DNA from: Antedon mediterranea
Taxonomy: Eukaryota > Animalia > Echinodermata
Length of the DNA stretch: 64,000 nucleotides
Direction: 5' to 3'
NCBI RefSeq assembly: GCF_964355755.1
Contig: NC_092675.1
Location: 8,737,812-8,801,811, forward strand
Made by a program: the position numbers and the translations under genes. Of the stretch, positions 10,256 through 23,900 are shown one piece after another. Numbering within the stretch: the stretch's first letter is position 1; each line of letters starts with the position of its first letter. The notes below the pieces were generated by a model. The model saw only the letters and a list, made by a program, of their open reading frames with translations, ran no database searches and was not told the origin of the DNA.

Positions 10256-13175
10256 TTCAAGTTTCAAGTTTCAAGTTTATTGTTTCACACAATACAATAC
10301 AATAGAACAGTAACATAAATTAATAAAAACAATTGTGTGAGGAGGACGCATTAAGCCAAGGCTTTAAGTTTGGTCCTCCAGATAATTAATATATTTAATT
10401 ATTTAATTTAAGTGAGAGAACAAAAATAAACTTCTTTCTTTCGTCAAATTGACAAATAAAATTAAACAAAAGGCACAAAAAAGAAAAAAAAAACAGTCTT
10501 AAGGCAATTGTGAATTACTAATGTTCTCAATAGTTTGAAATAAGTGTTTGTTTGTATTTTGTTTTAAATGTATTTATGATGGTTATTGCTTTTAGATTGA
10601 GCGGTAAGTTGTTCCATATATACGGTCCATTGTAAATAAAAGATGTTCTTCTAAGTAATATGGTATGCTTTTCGTATATCATATTTTTTGCAGTTGAAGA
10701 TCTGGTGTTGTAAGAATGATTAAAATTTTGAAAATAGGAGTAAAATTGAGTTGGTAATTTATTATGATTTAGGCGGAACATGAATAAAGCTGTTTGGAGT
10801 TTATTTATATCAAATATATTTAAAGTATTGAGAGAATAAAAAAGTGGTTTAGTATGAGATTTTGGAGGTGCTCCCGAACAGATTCTGATAGCCTTTTTTT
10901 GTAATTTAAAGAGAGAATTAATTTTCGTGTTATCAGAACCTGTCCAGGGGCAGCATCCAGTAAATTTATCTACAGTTGTAGCCCAAGCAACATTGCAGTA
11001 TGATAAATAGGGTAAAATAAGAGTATTATACAGGGAAAATAAGATGTTTAAAGGAAGTATGTACTTCAATTTACTTAAAATTCCAACGTTTCTCGAGATT
11101 ATTTTAGTTAAATATGTTATGTGAGGTTTCCAATTTAGTTCCGAGTCAATAGTGACTCCAAGAAATTTTAAGTTTTCTGTTCTCTTTATTTGGTTGCCAT
11201 TGATATATAATTGCTCTGTTAGCTGTTTGTTACTTTTTTTATTAATATTAAAATAAATATAATTTGTTTTAGAAATATTCAATGATAACTTATTTGCTTT
11301 AAACCAAAGAGACACTTTGTTAAGTTCATTATTAATTATAGATACAAGATTATTTTTGTTTTCGTGAGAAATAATAACATTTGTGTCATCTGCAAATAAG
11401 ATAAAATTAAATAATTTTGAAACATTTGGAAGATCATTAACGTAAATTAAAAAGAGTAGTGGGCCAAGGATTGACCCTTGTGGTACCCCACAGGTAACAT
11501 GCAAGAGTTGAGAATTGGTTGAGTTTATTGATGTATATTGTTGGCGAAATGAAAAGTAGTCTTTTAAAAGTAGTAGTGGAAGACCTCTGACACCATAATT
11601 CGATAATTTAGAAATAATAATGTTATGATTTATGGTGTCAAATGCTTTTGACAAATCTAAAAAAATACCGATAGTATGGTGCTTGTTTGCAAGTGATTTA
11701 GTTATTTTTTCATGTAAGTGGAGAAGTGCGAGATCTGTGGAATGTGATTTTCGAAAGCCATATTGATTGTTGTATATAATATTATGTTTTGTGAAAAAAG
11801 AAATTAGACGAGCATATATTAGCTTTTCAAATATTTTTGAAAAACATGGAAGTAAAGCAATCGGTCTATAATTTGAAAATTTATGGGGGTCATCTTTTTT
11901 AAAAATAGGCACAATTTTGGCAACTTTTAGCGCATTAGGAAATTTCCCACATTTAAATGAAAGGTTAAAGATGTGACATAAAGTTTTAGAAATAAACGGA
12001 GAAATTTGTTTAATAACGTTGGAATGTATTTCATCTACACCAGGACTTTTATTATTTTTGAGCTCTTCGGTTGCATTAATTATGTCTCTTTCAGTGATTG
12101 GTGAAAGGAACATGGAGTGATTGTTGGGTTGGTTTAAAAATGTTGAAAAGTTTGAATGAGATGAGTTAATTGATTGTGAAAGTGTATGGCCAGTATCAAC
12201 AAAATATTTATTAAATTTATTAGCAATTTGAATTTCGTCATCAATTTTTATGTTGTTTTCTAAAAAATATGTTGGAAGTTTACTTTTTATATTTCTGCCA
12301 AGAGCTGAATTTATAGTTTGCCATGTTTTCTTAATATCATTTTTATGTGTGTCAAATTGCTTTTTGTAATGTATACTACGTGCTATTCTTATTAGATTAG
12401 TTAATTTGTTTCTATAATCAGTATATTTAGTTTTATCAGTGGCTTTGCCAGATTGTATATATCTTTTATATAGTTTATTTCGTTTGTTTATGGAGTTGAT
12501 AATGCCATTTGTTATCCATGGTTTGTTTTGCTTGCAAAAATTTATTTTTTTTTTACATATTCTAATGTGTTTATCATAAATGTTCATAAATTTAGTGTGA
12601 AAAGAATTATAAGCTTTATCCAGGTCATCTGTAATCGAAATTATTTCTGACCAGTCAGTATTTTGTAATTCAATGCCTAGTGATGAAGTGGTAGTGTCAT
12701 TGATTACTCTTTTAAATATATATTTTTGGTCATTCATTTTATTAGACGGTTTGGATGTATGAGAAATAAAAAATATAGGTAAATGGTCAGTAATGTCACA
12801 ATACAGTAATCCTGAAAAAATATCTTCATGAAAATTGTTAGAGTAGATATGGTCAATTAACGTAGCAGATGTACGGGTGAGACGGGTGGGTCTGTCTATT
12901 ACGGGAAATAAATTAGCTGAATATATACAATTTAAAAAATCTGATGTTAGTGTATGGGAACTGAATTTAAGCAAATCAATATTAAAATCTCCACAAGCAT
13001 AAAAACTTTTTTTTTCTGTGTTGATTACTTCAAATAATAGTGATATGTTTTTATTAAAAGTTTTTATGGATTTTTCTGGTGGTCGGTATATTACTGAGAA
13101 AATATAATTTTTTGGTTTTAATTCTATTTCAATGCAGATATTTTCAGCTTCATTATTAATTAAAGAACTCAAATC
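10256..13175 (-). mobile_element. 5'-truncated Crack/L2-like LINE inserted antisense in the 3' end of a 5S gene
   Basis: GTCGT is duplicated at 10251-10255 and 13176-13180. A (TTGAAAC)n tail lies on the minus strand at ~10256-10277. Confidence 0.92.
10527..13172 (-). CDS. LINE ORF2 (APE-RT), truncated within the APE domain
   Basis: IYRPP, GDFN, LIDHI, TDH; NYRPIALL, FLDLSKAFDT, GVPQGSILGP, FADD; LQKKAIRI...SHTKPLF. The N-terminal APE motifs are absent. Confidence 0.9.
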   Translation of the reverse strand: MSSLINNEAENICIEIELKPKNYIFSVIYRPPEKSIKTFNKNISLLFEVINTEKKSFYACGDFNIDLLKFSSHTLTSDFLNCIYSANLFPVIDRPTRLTRTSATLIDHIYSNNFHEDIFSGLLYCDITDHLPIFFISHTSKPSNKMNDQKYIFKRVINDTTTSSLGIELQNTDWSEIISITDDLDKAYNSFHTKFMNIYDKHIRICKKKINFCKQNKPWITNGIINSINKRNKLYKRYIQSGKATDKTKYTDYRNKLTNLIRIARSIHYKKQFDTHKNDIKKTWQTINSALGRNIKSKLPTYFLENNIKIDDEIQIANKFNKYFVDTGHTLSQSINSSHSNFSTFLNQPNNHSMFLSPITERDIINATEELKNNKSPGVDEIHSNVIKQISPFISKTLCHIFNLSFKCGKFPNALKVAKIVPIFKKDDPHKFSNYRPIALLPCFSKIFEKLIYARLISFFTKHNIIYNNQYGFRKSHSTDLALLHLHEKITKSLANKHHTIGIFLDLSKAFDTINHNIIISKLSNYGVRGLPLLLLKDYFSFRQQYTSINSTNSQLLHVTCGVPQGSILGPLLFLIYVNDLPNVSKLFNFILFADDTNVIISHENKNNLVSIINNELNKVSLWFKANKLSLNISKTNYIYFNINKKSNKQLTEQLYINGNQIKRTENLKFLGVTIDSELNWKPHITYLTKIISRNVGILSKLKYILPLNILFSLYNTLILPYLSYCNVAWATTVDKFTGCCPWTGSDNTKINSLFKLQKKAIRICSGAPPKSHTKPLFYSLNTLNIFDINKLQTALFMFRLNHNKLPTQFYSYFQNFNHSYNTRSSTAKNMIYEKHTILLRRTSFIYNGPYIWNNLPLNLKAITIINTFKTKYKQTLISNY

Positions 13176-14762
13176 GTCGTATACCTATGTTTAACTTTTT
13201 TAAATTATACTAAATAAAGTTTATTTTACCTTTCAATTATGTTTTTTGACAGTAACTATAAGATCTTTCTCAGTTATAATCTTGAACCGCAAGTAACCGA
13301 ATGTCTACAACCATACCACGTTGAAAACACCGGTTCTCGTCCGAACACCGCAGCTAAACAACGTCGGGCCTGGTTAGTACTTGGATGGAAGACCGCCTGG
13401 GAATACCTGGTGTCGTAGACCTATGTTTAACTTTTTTAAATTATACTAAACAATGTTTATTTTACCTTTCAATTATGTTTTTTGACAGTAACTATAAGTT
13501 CTTTCTCAGTTATAATCTTGAACCGCAAGTAACCGAATGTCTACAACCGTACCAGGTTGCCTAGCCTGTGAATATCTGTTGTCGTACACCTGTTTTTATC
13601 TTTTTAATAATCCTAAAATATAGTCTCGTTTAAGTGTTTCTATTTTCCAAAAATGTGTTTATACTGTTGATGATAGTATAAGGAAATAAATTCTAACTGT
13701 AACCGCAATTAATCGAAAGTTTTTCAACTAAACTGCATTGAAAACAACGGTTCTCGTCCGATCACTGAAGTTAAACAAGTTGTTGTTCAAAGACATGTTT
13801 GTTGTTGTATGTTGCTGCTGTGGTGACGGTACAAACGTCACTGTACTACGCGGGCGTCCACTTGTGTGCGCGTTTGATTCTTAGCAACAAAGCGGCCTGA
13901 ATCTTTTGTACATGCCGCTATTTGTGTTATGCTTCTTTGTACAGTGTTATTGTTTCCTTTATATTATCTTTTTAAGAACCTCAGTATAACTTTTTAAATT
14001 ATACTAAACAAAGTTGAATTTACCTTTCAAGTATGTGTTTCTTCAACAGAAGTGGGTGTAAATACCAACGTCATGGTTTCAGCAGCTGCTAATTTCAATC
14101 CTAGAAAATGTTCTATAATAAATGAACAAAACTATTAGGTTATAGGATATATATGTTTATAGAGATTTTGACAGTGAATATAAGATGTATATATACTTGA
14201 ACCGCAAGTAACCGAACGTCTACAACCATACCACGTTGAAAACACCGGTTCTCGTCCGAACACCGCAGTTAAACAACGTCGGGCCTGGTTAGTACTTGGA
14301 TGGGAGACCGCCTGGGAATACCTGGTGTCGTAGACCTATGTTTAACTTTTTTAAATTATACTAAACAAAGTTTATTTTACCTTTCAATTATGTTTTTATG
14401 ACAGTAACTATAAGATCTTTCTAAGTTATAATCTTGAACCGCAAGTAACCGAACGTCTACAACCATACCATGTTGAAAACACCGGTTCTCGTCCGAACAC
14501 CGCAGTTAAACAACGTCGGGCCTGGTTAGTACTTGGATGGGAGACCGCCTGGGAATACCTGGTATCGTAGACCTATGTTTAACTTTTTTAAATTATACTA
14601 AATAAAGTTTATTTTACCTTTCAATTATATTTTTATGACAGTAACTATAAGATCTTTCTAAGTTATAATCTTGAACCGCAAGTAACCGAACGTCTACAAC
14701 CATACCACGTTGAAAACACCGGTTCTCCTCCGAACACCGCAGTTAAACAACGTCGGGCCTTG

Positions 14763-14995
14763 GATGTTAGTGTATGGGAACTGAATTTAAGAAAATCAAT
14801 ATTAAAATCTCCACAAGCATAAAAACTTTTTTTTTCTGTGTTGATTACTTCAAATAATAGTGATATGTTTTCATTAAAAGTTTTTATGGATTTTTCTGGT
14901 GGTCGGTATATTACTGAGAAAATATAATTTTTTGGTTTTAATTCTATTTCAATGCAGATATTTTCAGCTTCATTATTAATTAAAGAACTCAAATC
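14763..14995 (-). mobile_element. Remnant duplicate of the 5' end of the 10256-13175 LINE
   Basis: Matches 12943-13175 except for two substitutions and has the identical junction AAATCGTCGTATACCTATG. Confidence 0.92.
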
Positions 14996-17900
14996 GTCGT
15001 ATACCTATGTTTAACTTTTTTAAATTATACTAAACAATTTTTATTTTACCTTTCAATTATGTTTTTTGACAGTAACTATAAGATCTTTCTCAGTTATAAT
15101 CTTGAACCGCAAGTAACCGAATGTCTACAACCACACCACGTTGAAAACACCGGTTCTCGTCCGAACACCGCAGCTAAACAACGTCGGGCCTGGTTAGTAC
15201 TTGGATGGAAGACCGCCTGGGAATACCTGGTGTCGTAGACCTATGTTTAACTTTTTTAAATTATACTAAACAATGTTTATTTTACCTTTCAATTATGTTT
15301 TTTGACAGTAACTATAAGTTCTTTCTCAGTTATAATCTTGAACCGCAAGTAACCGAATGTCTACAACCGTACCAGGTTGCCTAGCCTGTGAATATCTGTT
15401 GTCGTACACCTGTTTTTATCTTTTTAATAATCCTAAAATATAGTCTCGTTTAAGTGTTTCTATTTTCCAAAAATGTGTTTATACTGTTGATGATAGTATA
15501 AGGAAATAAATTCTAACTGTAACCGCAATTAATCGAAAGTTTTTCAACTAAACTGCATTGAAAACAACGGTTCTCGTCCGATCACTGAAGTTAAACAAGT
15601 TGTTGTTCAAAGACATGTTTGTTGTTGTATGTTGCTGCTGTGGTGACGGTACAAACGTCACTGTACTACGCGGGCGTCCACTTGTGTGCGCGTTTGATTC
15701 TTAGCAACAAAGCGGCCTGAATCTTTTGTACATGCCGCTATTTGTGTTATGCTTCTTTGTACAGTGTTATTGTTTCCTTTATATTATCTTTTTAAGAACC
15801 TCAGTATAACTTTTTAAATTATACTAAACAAAGTTGAATTTACCTTTCAAGTATGTGTTTCTTCAACAGAAGTGGGTGTAAATACCAACGTCATGGTTTC
15901 AGCAGCTGCTAATTTCAATCCTAGAAAATGTTCTATAATAAATGAACAAAACTATTAGGTTATAGGATATATATGTTTATAGAGATTTTGACAGTGAATA
16001 TAAGATGTATATATACTTGAACCGCAAGTAACCGAACGTCTACAACCATACCACGTTGAAAACACCGGTTCTCGTCCGAACACCGCAGTTAAACAACGTC
16101 GGGCCTGGTTAGTACTTGGATGGGAGACCGCCTGGGAATACCTGGTGTCGTAGACCTATGTTTAACTTTTTTAAATTATACTAAACAAAGTTTATTTTAC
16201 CTTTCAATTATGTTTTTATGACAGTAACTATAAGATCTTTCTAAGTTATAATCTTGAACCGCAAGTAACCGAACGTCTACAACCATACCATGTTGAAAAC
16301 ACCGGTTCTCGTCCGAACACCGCAGTTAAACAACGTCGGGCCTGGTTAGTACTTGGATGGGAGACCGCCTGGGAATACCTGGTGTCGTAGACCTATGTTT
16401 AACTTTTTTAAATTATACTAAACAATGTTTATTTTACCTTTCAATTATGTTTTTATGACAGTAACTATAAGATCTTTCTAAGTTATAATGTTGAACCGCA
16501 AGTAACCGAACGTCTACAACCATACCACGTTGAAAACACCGGTTCTCGTCCAAACACCGCAGTTAAACAACGTCGGGCCTGGTTAGTACTTGGATAGGAG
16601 ACCGCCTGGGAATACCTGGTGTCGTAGACCTATGTTTAACTTTTTTAAATTATAATAAACAATGTTTATTTTACCTTTCAATTATGTTTTTTGACAGCAA
16701 CTATAAGATCTTTCTCAGTTATAATCTCGAACCGCAAGTAACCGAATGTCTACAACCATACCACGTTGAAAACACCGGTTCTCGTCCGAAAACCGCAGTT
16801 AAACAACGTCGGGCCTGGTTAGTACTTGGATGGGAGACCGCCTGGGAATACCTGGTGTCGTAGCCCTATGTTTAACTTTTTTAAATTATACTAAATAAAG
16901 TTTATTTTACCTTTCAATTATATTTTTATGACAGTAACTATAAGATCTTTCAAAGTTATAATCTTGAACCGCAAGTAACCGAATGTCTACAACCGTACCA
17001 GGTTGCCTAGCCTGTGAATATCTGTTGTCGTACACCTGTTTTTATCTTTATAATAATCCTAAAATATAGTCTCGTTTAAGTGTTTCTATTTTCCAAAAAT
17101 GTGTTTATACTGTTGATGATAGTATAAGTAAATAAATTCAAACTGTAACCGCAATTAATCGAAAGTTTTTCAACTAAACTGCATTGAAAACAACGGTTCT
17201 CGTCCGATCACTGAAGTTAAACAAGTTGTTGTTCAAAGACATGTTTGTTGTTGTATGTTGCTGCTGTGGTGACGGTACAAACGTCACTGTACTACGCGGG
17301 CGTCCACTTGTGTGCGCGTTTGATTCTTAGCAACAACGCGGCCTGAATCTTTTGTACATGCCGCTATTGTGTTATGCTTCTTTGTACAGTGTTATTGTTT
17401 CCTTTATATTATCTTTTTAAGAACCTCAGTATAACTTTTTAAATTATACTAAACAAAGTTGAATTTACCTTTCAAGTATGTGTTTCTTCAACAGAAGTGG
17501 GTGTAAATACCAACGTCATGGTTTCAGCAGCTGCTAATTTCAATCCTAGAAAATGTTCTATAATAAATGAACAAAACTATTAGGTTATAGGATATATATG
17601 TTTATAGAGATTTTGACAGTGAATATAAGATGTATATATACTTGAACCGCAAGTAACCGAACGTCTACAACCATACCACGTTGAAAACACCGGTTCTCGT
17701 CCGAACACCGCAGTTAAACAACGTCGGGCCTGGTTAGTACTTGGATGGGAGACCGCCTGGGAATACCTGGTGTCGTAGACCTATGTTTAACTTTTTTAAA
17801 TTATACTAAACAAAGTTTATTTTACCTTTCAATTATGTTTTTATGACAGTAACTATAAGATCTTTCTAAGTTATAATCTTGAACCGCAAGTAACCGAACG

Positions 17901-20900
17901 TCTACAACCATACCATGTTGAAAACACCGGTTCTCGTCCGAACACCGCAGTTAAACAACGTCGGGCCTGGTTAGTACTTGGATGGGAGACCGCCTGGGAA
18001 TACCTGGTGTCGTAGACCTATGTTTAACTTTTTTAAATTATACTAAACAATGTTTATTTTACCTTTCAATTATGTTTTTATGACAGTAACTATAAGATCT
18101 TTCTAAGTTATAATGTTGAACCGCAAGTAACCGAACGTCTACAACCATACCACGTTGAAAACACCGGTTCTCGTCCAAACACCGCAGTTAAACAACGTCG
18201 GGCCTGGTTAGTACTTGGATAGGAGACCGCCTGGGAATACCTGGTGTCGTAGACCTATGTTTAACTTTTTTAAATTATAATAAACAATGTTTATTTTACC
18301 TTTCAATTATGTTTTTTGACAGCAACTATAAGATCTTTCTCAGTTATAATCTCGAACCGCAAGTAACCGAATGTCTACAACCATACCACGTTGAAAACAC
18401 CGGTTCTCGTCCGAAAACCGCAGTTAAACAACGTCGGGCCTGGTTAGTACTTGGATGGGAGACCGCCTGGGAATACCTGGTGTCGTAGCCCTATGTTTAA
18501 CTTTTTTAAATTATACTAAATAAAGTTTATTTTACCTTTCAATTATATTTTTATGACAGTAACTATAAGATCTTTCAAAGTTATAATCTTGAACCGCAAG
18601 TAACCGAATGTCTACAACCGTACCAGGTTGCCTAGCCTGTGAATATCTGTTGTCGTACACCTGTTTTTATCTTTATAATAATCCTAAAATATAGTCTCGT
18701 TTAAGTGTTTCTATTTTCCAAAAATGTGTTTATACTGTTGATGATAGTATAAGTAAATAAATTCAAACTGTAACCGCAATTAATCGAAAGTTTTTCAACT
18801 AAACTGCATTGAAAACAACGGTTCTCGTCCGATCACTGAAGTTAAACAAGTTGTTGTTCAAAGACATGTTTGTTGTTGTATGTTGCTGCTGTGGTGACGG
18901 TACAGACGTCACTGTACTACGCGGGCGTCCACTTGTGTGCGCGTTTGATTCTTAGCAACAACGCGGCCTGAATCTTTTGTACATGCCGCTATTGTGTTAT
19001 GCTTCTTTGTACAGTGTTATTGTTTCCTTTATATTATCTTTTTAAGAACCTCAGTATAACTTTTTAAATTATACTAAACAAAGTTGAATTTACCTTTCAA
19101 GTATGTGTTTCTTCAACAGAAATGGGTGTAAATACCAACGTCATGGTTTCAGCAGCTGCTAATTTCAATCCTAGAAAATGTTCTATAATAAATGAACAAA
19201 ACTATTAGGTTATAGGATATATATGTTTATATAGATTTTGACAGTGAATATAAGATTTATATATACTTGAACCGCAAGTAACCGAACGTCTACAATCATA
19301 CCACGTTGAAAACACCGGTTCTCGTCCGAACACCGCAGTTAAACAACGTCGGGCCTCGTTAGTACTTGGATGGGAGACCGCCTGGGAATACCTGGTGTCG
19401 TAGACCTATGTTTAACTTTTTTAAATTATACTAAACAAAGTTTATTTTACCTTTCAATTATGTTTTTATGACAGTAACTATAAGATCTTTCTAAGTTATA
19501 ATCTTGAACCGCAAGTAACCGAACGTCTACAACCATACCACGTTGAAAACACCGGTTCTCCTCCGAACACCGCAGTTAAACAACGTCGGGCCTGGTTAGT
19601 ACTTGGATGGGAGACCGCCTGGGAATACCTTGTGTCGTAGACCTATGTTTAACTTTTTTAAATTATACTAAACAATGTTTATTTTACCTTTCAATTATGT
19701 TTTTTGACAGTAACTATAAGATCTTTCTCAGTTATAATCTTGAACCGCAAGTAACCGAATGTCTACAACCATACCACGTTGAAAACACCGGTTCTCGTCC
19801 GAACACCGCAGTTAAACAACGTCGGGCCTGGTTAGTACTTGGATGGGAGACCGCCTGGGAATACCTGGTGTCGTAGACCTATGTTTAACTTTTTTAAATT
19901 ATACTAAATAAAGTTTATTTTACCTTTCAATTATATTTTTATGACAGTAACTATAAGATCTTTCTAAGTTATAATCTTGAACCGCAAGTAACCGAACGTC
20001 TACAACCATACCACGTTGAAAACACCGGTTCTCGTCCGAACACCGCAGTTAAACAACGTCGGGCCTGGTTAGTACTTGGATGGGAGACCGCCTGGGAATA
20101 CCTGGTGTCGTAGACCTATGTTTAACTTTTTTAAATTATACTAAACAATGTTTATTTTACCTTTCAATTATGTTTTTATGACAGTAACTATAAGATCTTT
20201 CTAAGTTATAATGTTGAACCGCAAGTAACCGAACGTCTACAACTATACCACGTTGAAAACACCGGTTCTCGTCCGAACACCGCAGTTAAACAACGTCGGG
20301 CCTGGTTAGTACTTGGATGGGAGACCGCCTGGGAATACCTGGTGTCGTAGACCTATGTTTAACTTTTTTAAATTATACTAAACAATGTTTATTTTACCTT
20401 TCAATTTTGTTTTTATGACAGTAACTATAAGATCTTTCTAAGTTATAATCTTGAACCGCAAGTAACCGAACGTCTACAACCATACCACGTTGAAAACACC
20501 GGTTCTCGTCCGAACACCGCAGTTAAACAACGTCGGGCCTGGTTAGTACTTGGATGGGAGACCGCCTGGGAATACCTGGTGTCGTAGACCTATGTTTAAC
20601 TTTTTTAAATTATACTAAATAAAGTTTATTTTACCTTTCAATTATATTTTTATGACAGTAACTATAAGATCTTTCAAAGTTATAATCTTGAACCGCAAGT
20701 AACCGAATGTCTACAACCGTACCAGGTTGCCTAGCCTGTGAATATCTGTTGTCGTACACCTGTTTTTATCTTTTTAATAATCCTAAAATATAGTCTCGTT
20801 TAAGTGTTTCTATTTTCCAAAAATGTGTTTATACTGTTGATGATAGTATAAGTTAAGTAAATAAATTCAAACTGTAACCGCAATTAATCGAAAGTTTTTC

Positions 20901-23900
20901 AACTAAACTGCATTGAAAACAACGGTTCTCGTCCGATCACTGAAGTTAAACAAGTTGTTGTTCAAAGACATGTTTGTTGTTGTATGTTGCTGCTGTGGTG
21001 ACGGTACAAACGTCACTGTACTACGCGGGCGTCCACTTGTGTGCGCGTTTGATTCTTAGCAACAACGCGGCCTGAATCTTTTGTACATGCCGCTATTGTG
21101 TTATGCTTCTTTGTACAGTGTTATTGTTTCCTTTATATTATCTTTTTAAGAACCTCAGTATAACTTTTTAAATTATACTAAACAAAGTTGAATTTACCTT
21201 TCAAGTATGTGTTTCTTCAACAGAAGTGGGTGTAAATACCAACGTCATGGTTTCAGCAGCTGCTAATTTCAATCCTAGAAAATGTTCTATAATAAATGAA
21301 CAAAACTATTAGGTTATAGGATATATATGTTTATAAGAGATTTTGACAGTGAATATAAGATTTATATATACTTGAACCGCAAGTAACCGAACGTCTACAA
21401 TCATACCACGTTGAAAATACCGGTTCTCGTCCGAACACCGCAGTTAAACAACGTCGGGCCTCGTTAGTACTTGGATGGGAGACCGCCTGGGAATACCTGG
21501 TGTCGTAGACCTATGTTTAACTTTTTTAAATTATACTAAACAAAGTTTATTTTACCTTTCAATTATGTTTTTATGACAGTAACTATAAGATCTTTCTAAG
21601 TTATAATCTTGAACCGCAAGTAACCGAACGTCTACAACCATACCACGTTGAAAACACCGGTTCTCCTCCGAACACCGCAGTTAAACAACGTCGGGCCTGG
21701 TTAGTACTTGGATGGGAGACCGCCTGGGAATACCTTGTGTCGTAGACCTATGTTTAACTTTTTTAAATTATACTAAACAATGTTTATTTTACCTTTCAAT
21801 TATGTTTTTTGACAGTAACTATAAGATCTTTCTCAGTTATAATCTTGAACCGCAAGTAACCGAATGTCTACAACCATACCACGTTGAAAACACCGGTTCT
21901 CGTCCGAACACCGCAGTTAAACAACGTCGGGCCTGGTTAGTACTTGGATGGGAGACCGCCTGGGAATACCTGGTGTCGTAGACCTATGTTTAACTTTTTT
22001 AAATTATACTAAATAAAGTTTATTTTACCTTTCAATTATATTTTTATGACAGTAACTATAAGATCTTTCTAAGTTATAACCTTGAACCGCAAGTAACCGA
22101 ATGTCTACAACCGTACCAGGTTGCCTAGCCTGTGAATAACTGTTGTCGTACACCTGTTTTTTTCTTTTTAATAATCCTAAAATATAGTCTCGTTTAAGTG
22201 TTTCTATTTTCCAAAAATGTGTTTATACTGTTGATGATAGTATAAGTAAATAAATTCTAAGTGTAACCGCAATTAATCGAAAGTTTTTCAACTAAACTGC
22301 ATTGAAAACAACGGTTCTCGTCCGATCACTGAAGTTAAACAAGTTGTTGTTCAAAGACATGTTTGTTGTTGTATGTTGCTGCTGTGGTGACGGTACAAAC
22401 GTCACTGTACTACGCGGGCGTCCACTTGTGTGCGCGTTTGATTCTTAGCAACAAAGCGGCCTGAATCTTTTGTACATGCCGCTATTGTGTTATGCTTCTT
22501 TGTACAGTGTTATTGTTTCCTTTATATTATCTTTTTAAGAACCTCAGTATAACTTTTTAAATTATACTAAACAAAGTTGAATTTACCTTTCAAGTACTAT
22601 TAGGTTATAGGATATATGTGTTTATAGAGATTTTGACAGTGAATATAAGATTTATATATACTTGAACCGCAAGTAACCGAACGTCTACAACCATACCATG
22701 TTGAAAACACCGGTTCTCGTCCGAACACCGCAGTTAAACAACGTCGGGCCTGGTTAGTACTTGGATGGGAGACCGCCTGGGAATACCTGGTGTCGTAGAC
22801 CTATGTTTAACTTTTTTAAATTATACTAAACAATGTTTATTTTACCTTTCAATTTTGTTTTTATGACAGTAACTATAAGATCTTTCTAAGTTATAATCTT
22901 GAACCGCAAGTAACCGAACGTCTACAACCATACCACGTTGAAAACACCGGTTCTCGTCCGAACACCGCAGTTAAACAACGTCGGGCCTGGTTAGTACTTG
23001 GATGGGAGACCGCCTGGGAATACCTGGTGTCGTAGACCTATGTTTAACTTTTTTAAATTATACTAAATAAAGTTTATTTTACCTTTCAATTATATTTTTA
23101 TGACAGTAACTATAAGATCTTTCAAAGTTATAATCTTGAACCGCAAGTAACCGAATGTCTACAACCGTACCAGGTTGCCTAGCCTGTGAATATCTGTTGT
23201 CGTACACCTGTTTTTATCTTTTTAATAATCCTAAAATATAGTCTCGTTTAAGTGTTTCTATTTTCCAAAAATGTGTTTATACTGTTGATGATAGTATAAG
23301 TTAAGTAAATAAATTCAAACTGTAACCGCAATTAATCGAAAGTTTTTCAACTAAACTGCATTGAAAACAACGGTTCTCGTCCGATCACTGAAGTTAAACA
23401 AGTTGTTGTTCAAAGACATGTTTGTTGTTGTATGTTGCTGCTGTGGTGACGGTACAAACGTCACTGTACTACGCGGGCGTCCACTTGTGTGCGCGTTTGA
23501 TTCTTAGCAACAACGCGGCCTGAATCTTTTGTACATGCCGCTATTGTGTTATGCTTCTTTGTACAGTGTTATTGTTTCCTTTATATTATCTTTTTAAGAA
23601 CCTCAGTATAACTTTTTAAATTATACTAAACAAAGTTGAATTTACCTTTCAAGTATGTGTTTCTTCAACAGAAGTGGGTGTAAATACCAACGTCATGGTT
23701 TCAGCAGCTGCTAATTTCAATCCTAGAAAATGTTCTATAATAAATGAACAAAACTATTAGGTTATAGGATATATATGTTTATAAGAGATTTTGACAGTGA
23801 ATATAAGATTTATATATACTTGAACCGCAAGTAACCGAACGTCTACAATCATACCACGTTGAAAATACCGGTTCTCGTCCGAACACCGCAGTTAAACAAC

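Noticed and set aside
14663-14992. 109-aa LINE-5S fusion ORF
   Set aside because: It is a by-product of the deletion junction: an APE fragment running into antisense 5S.
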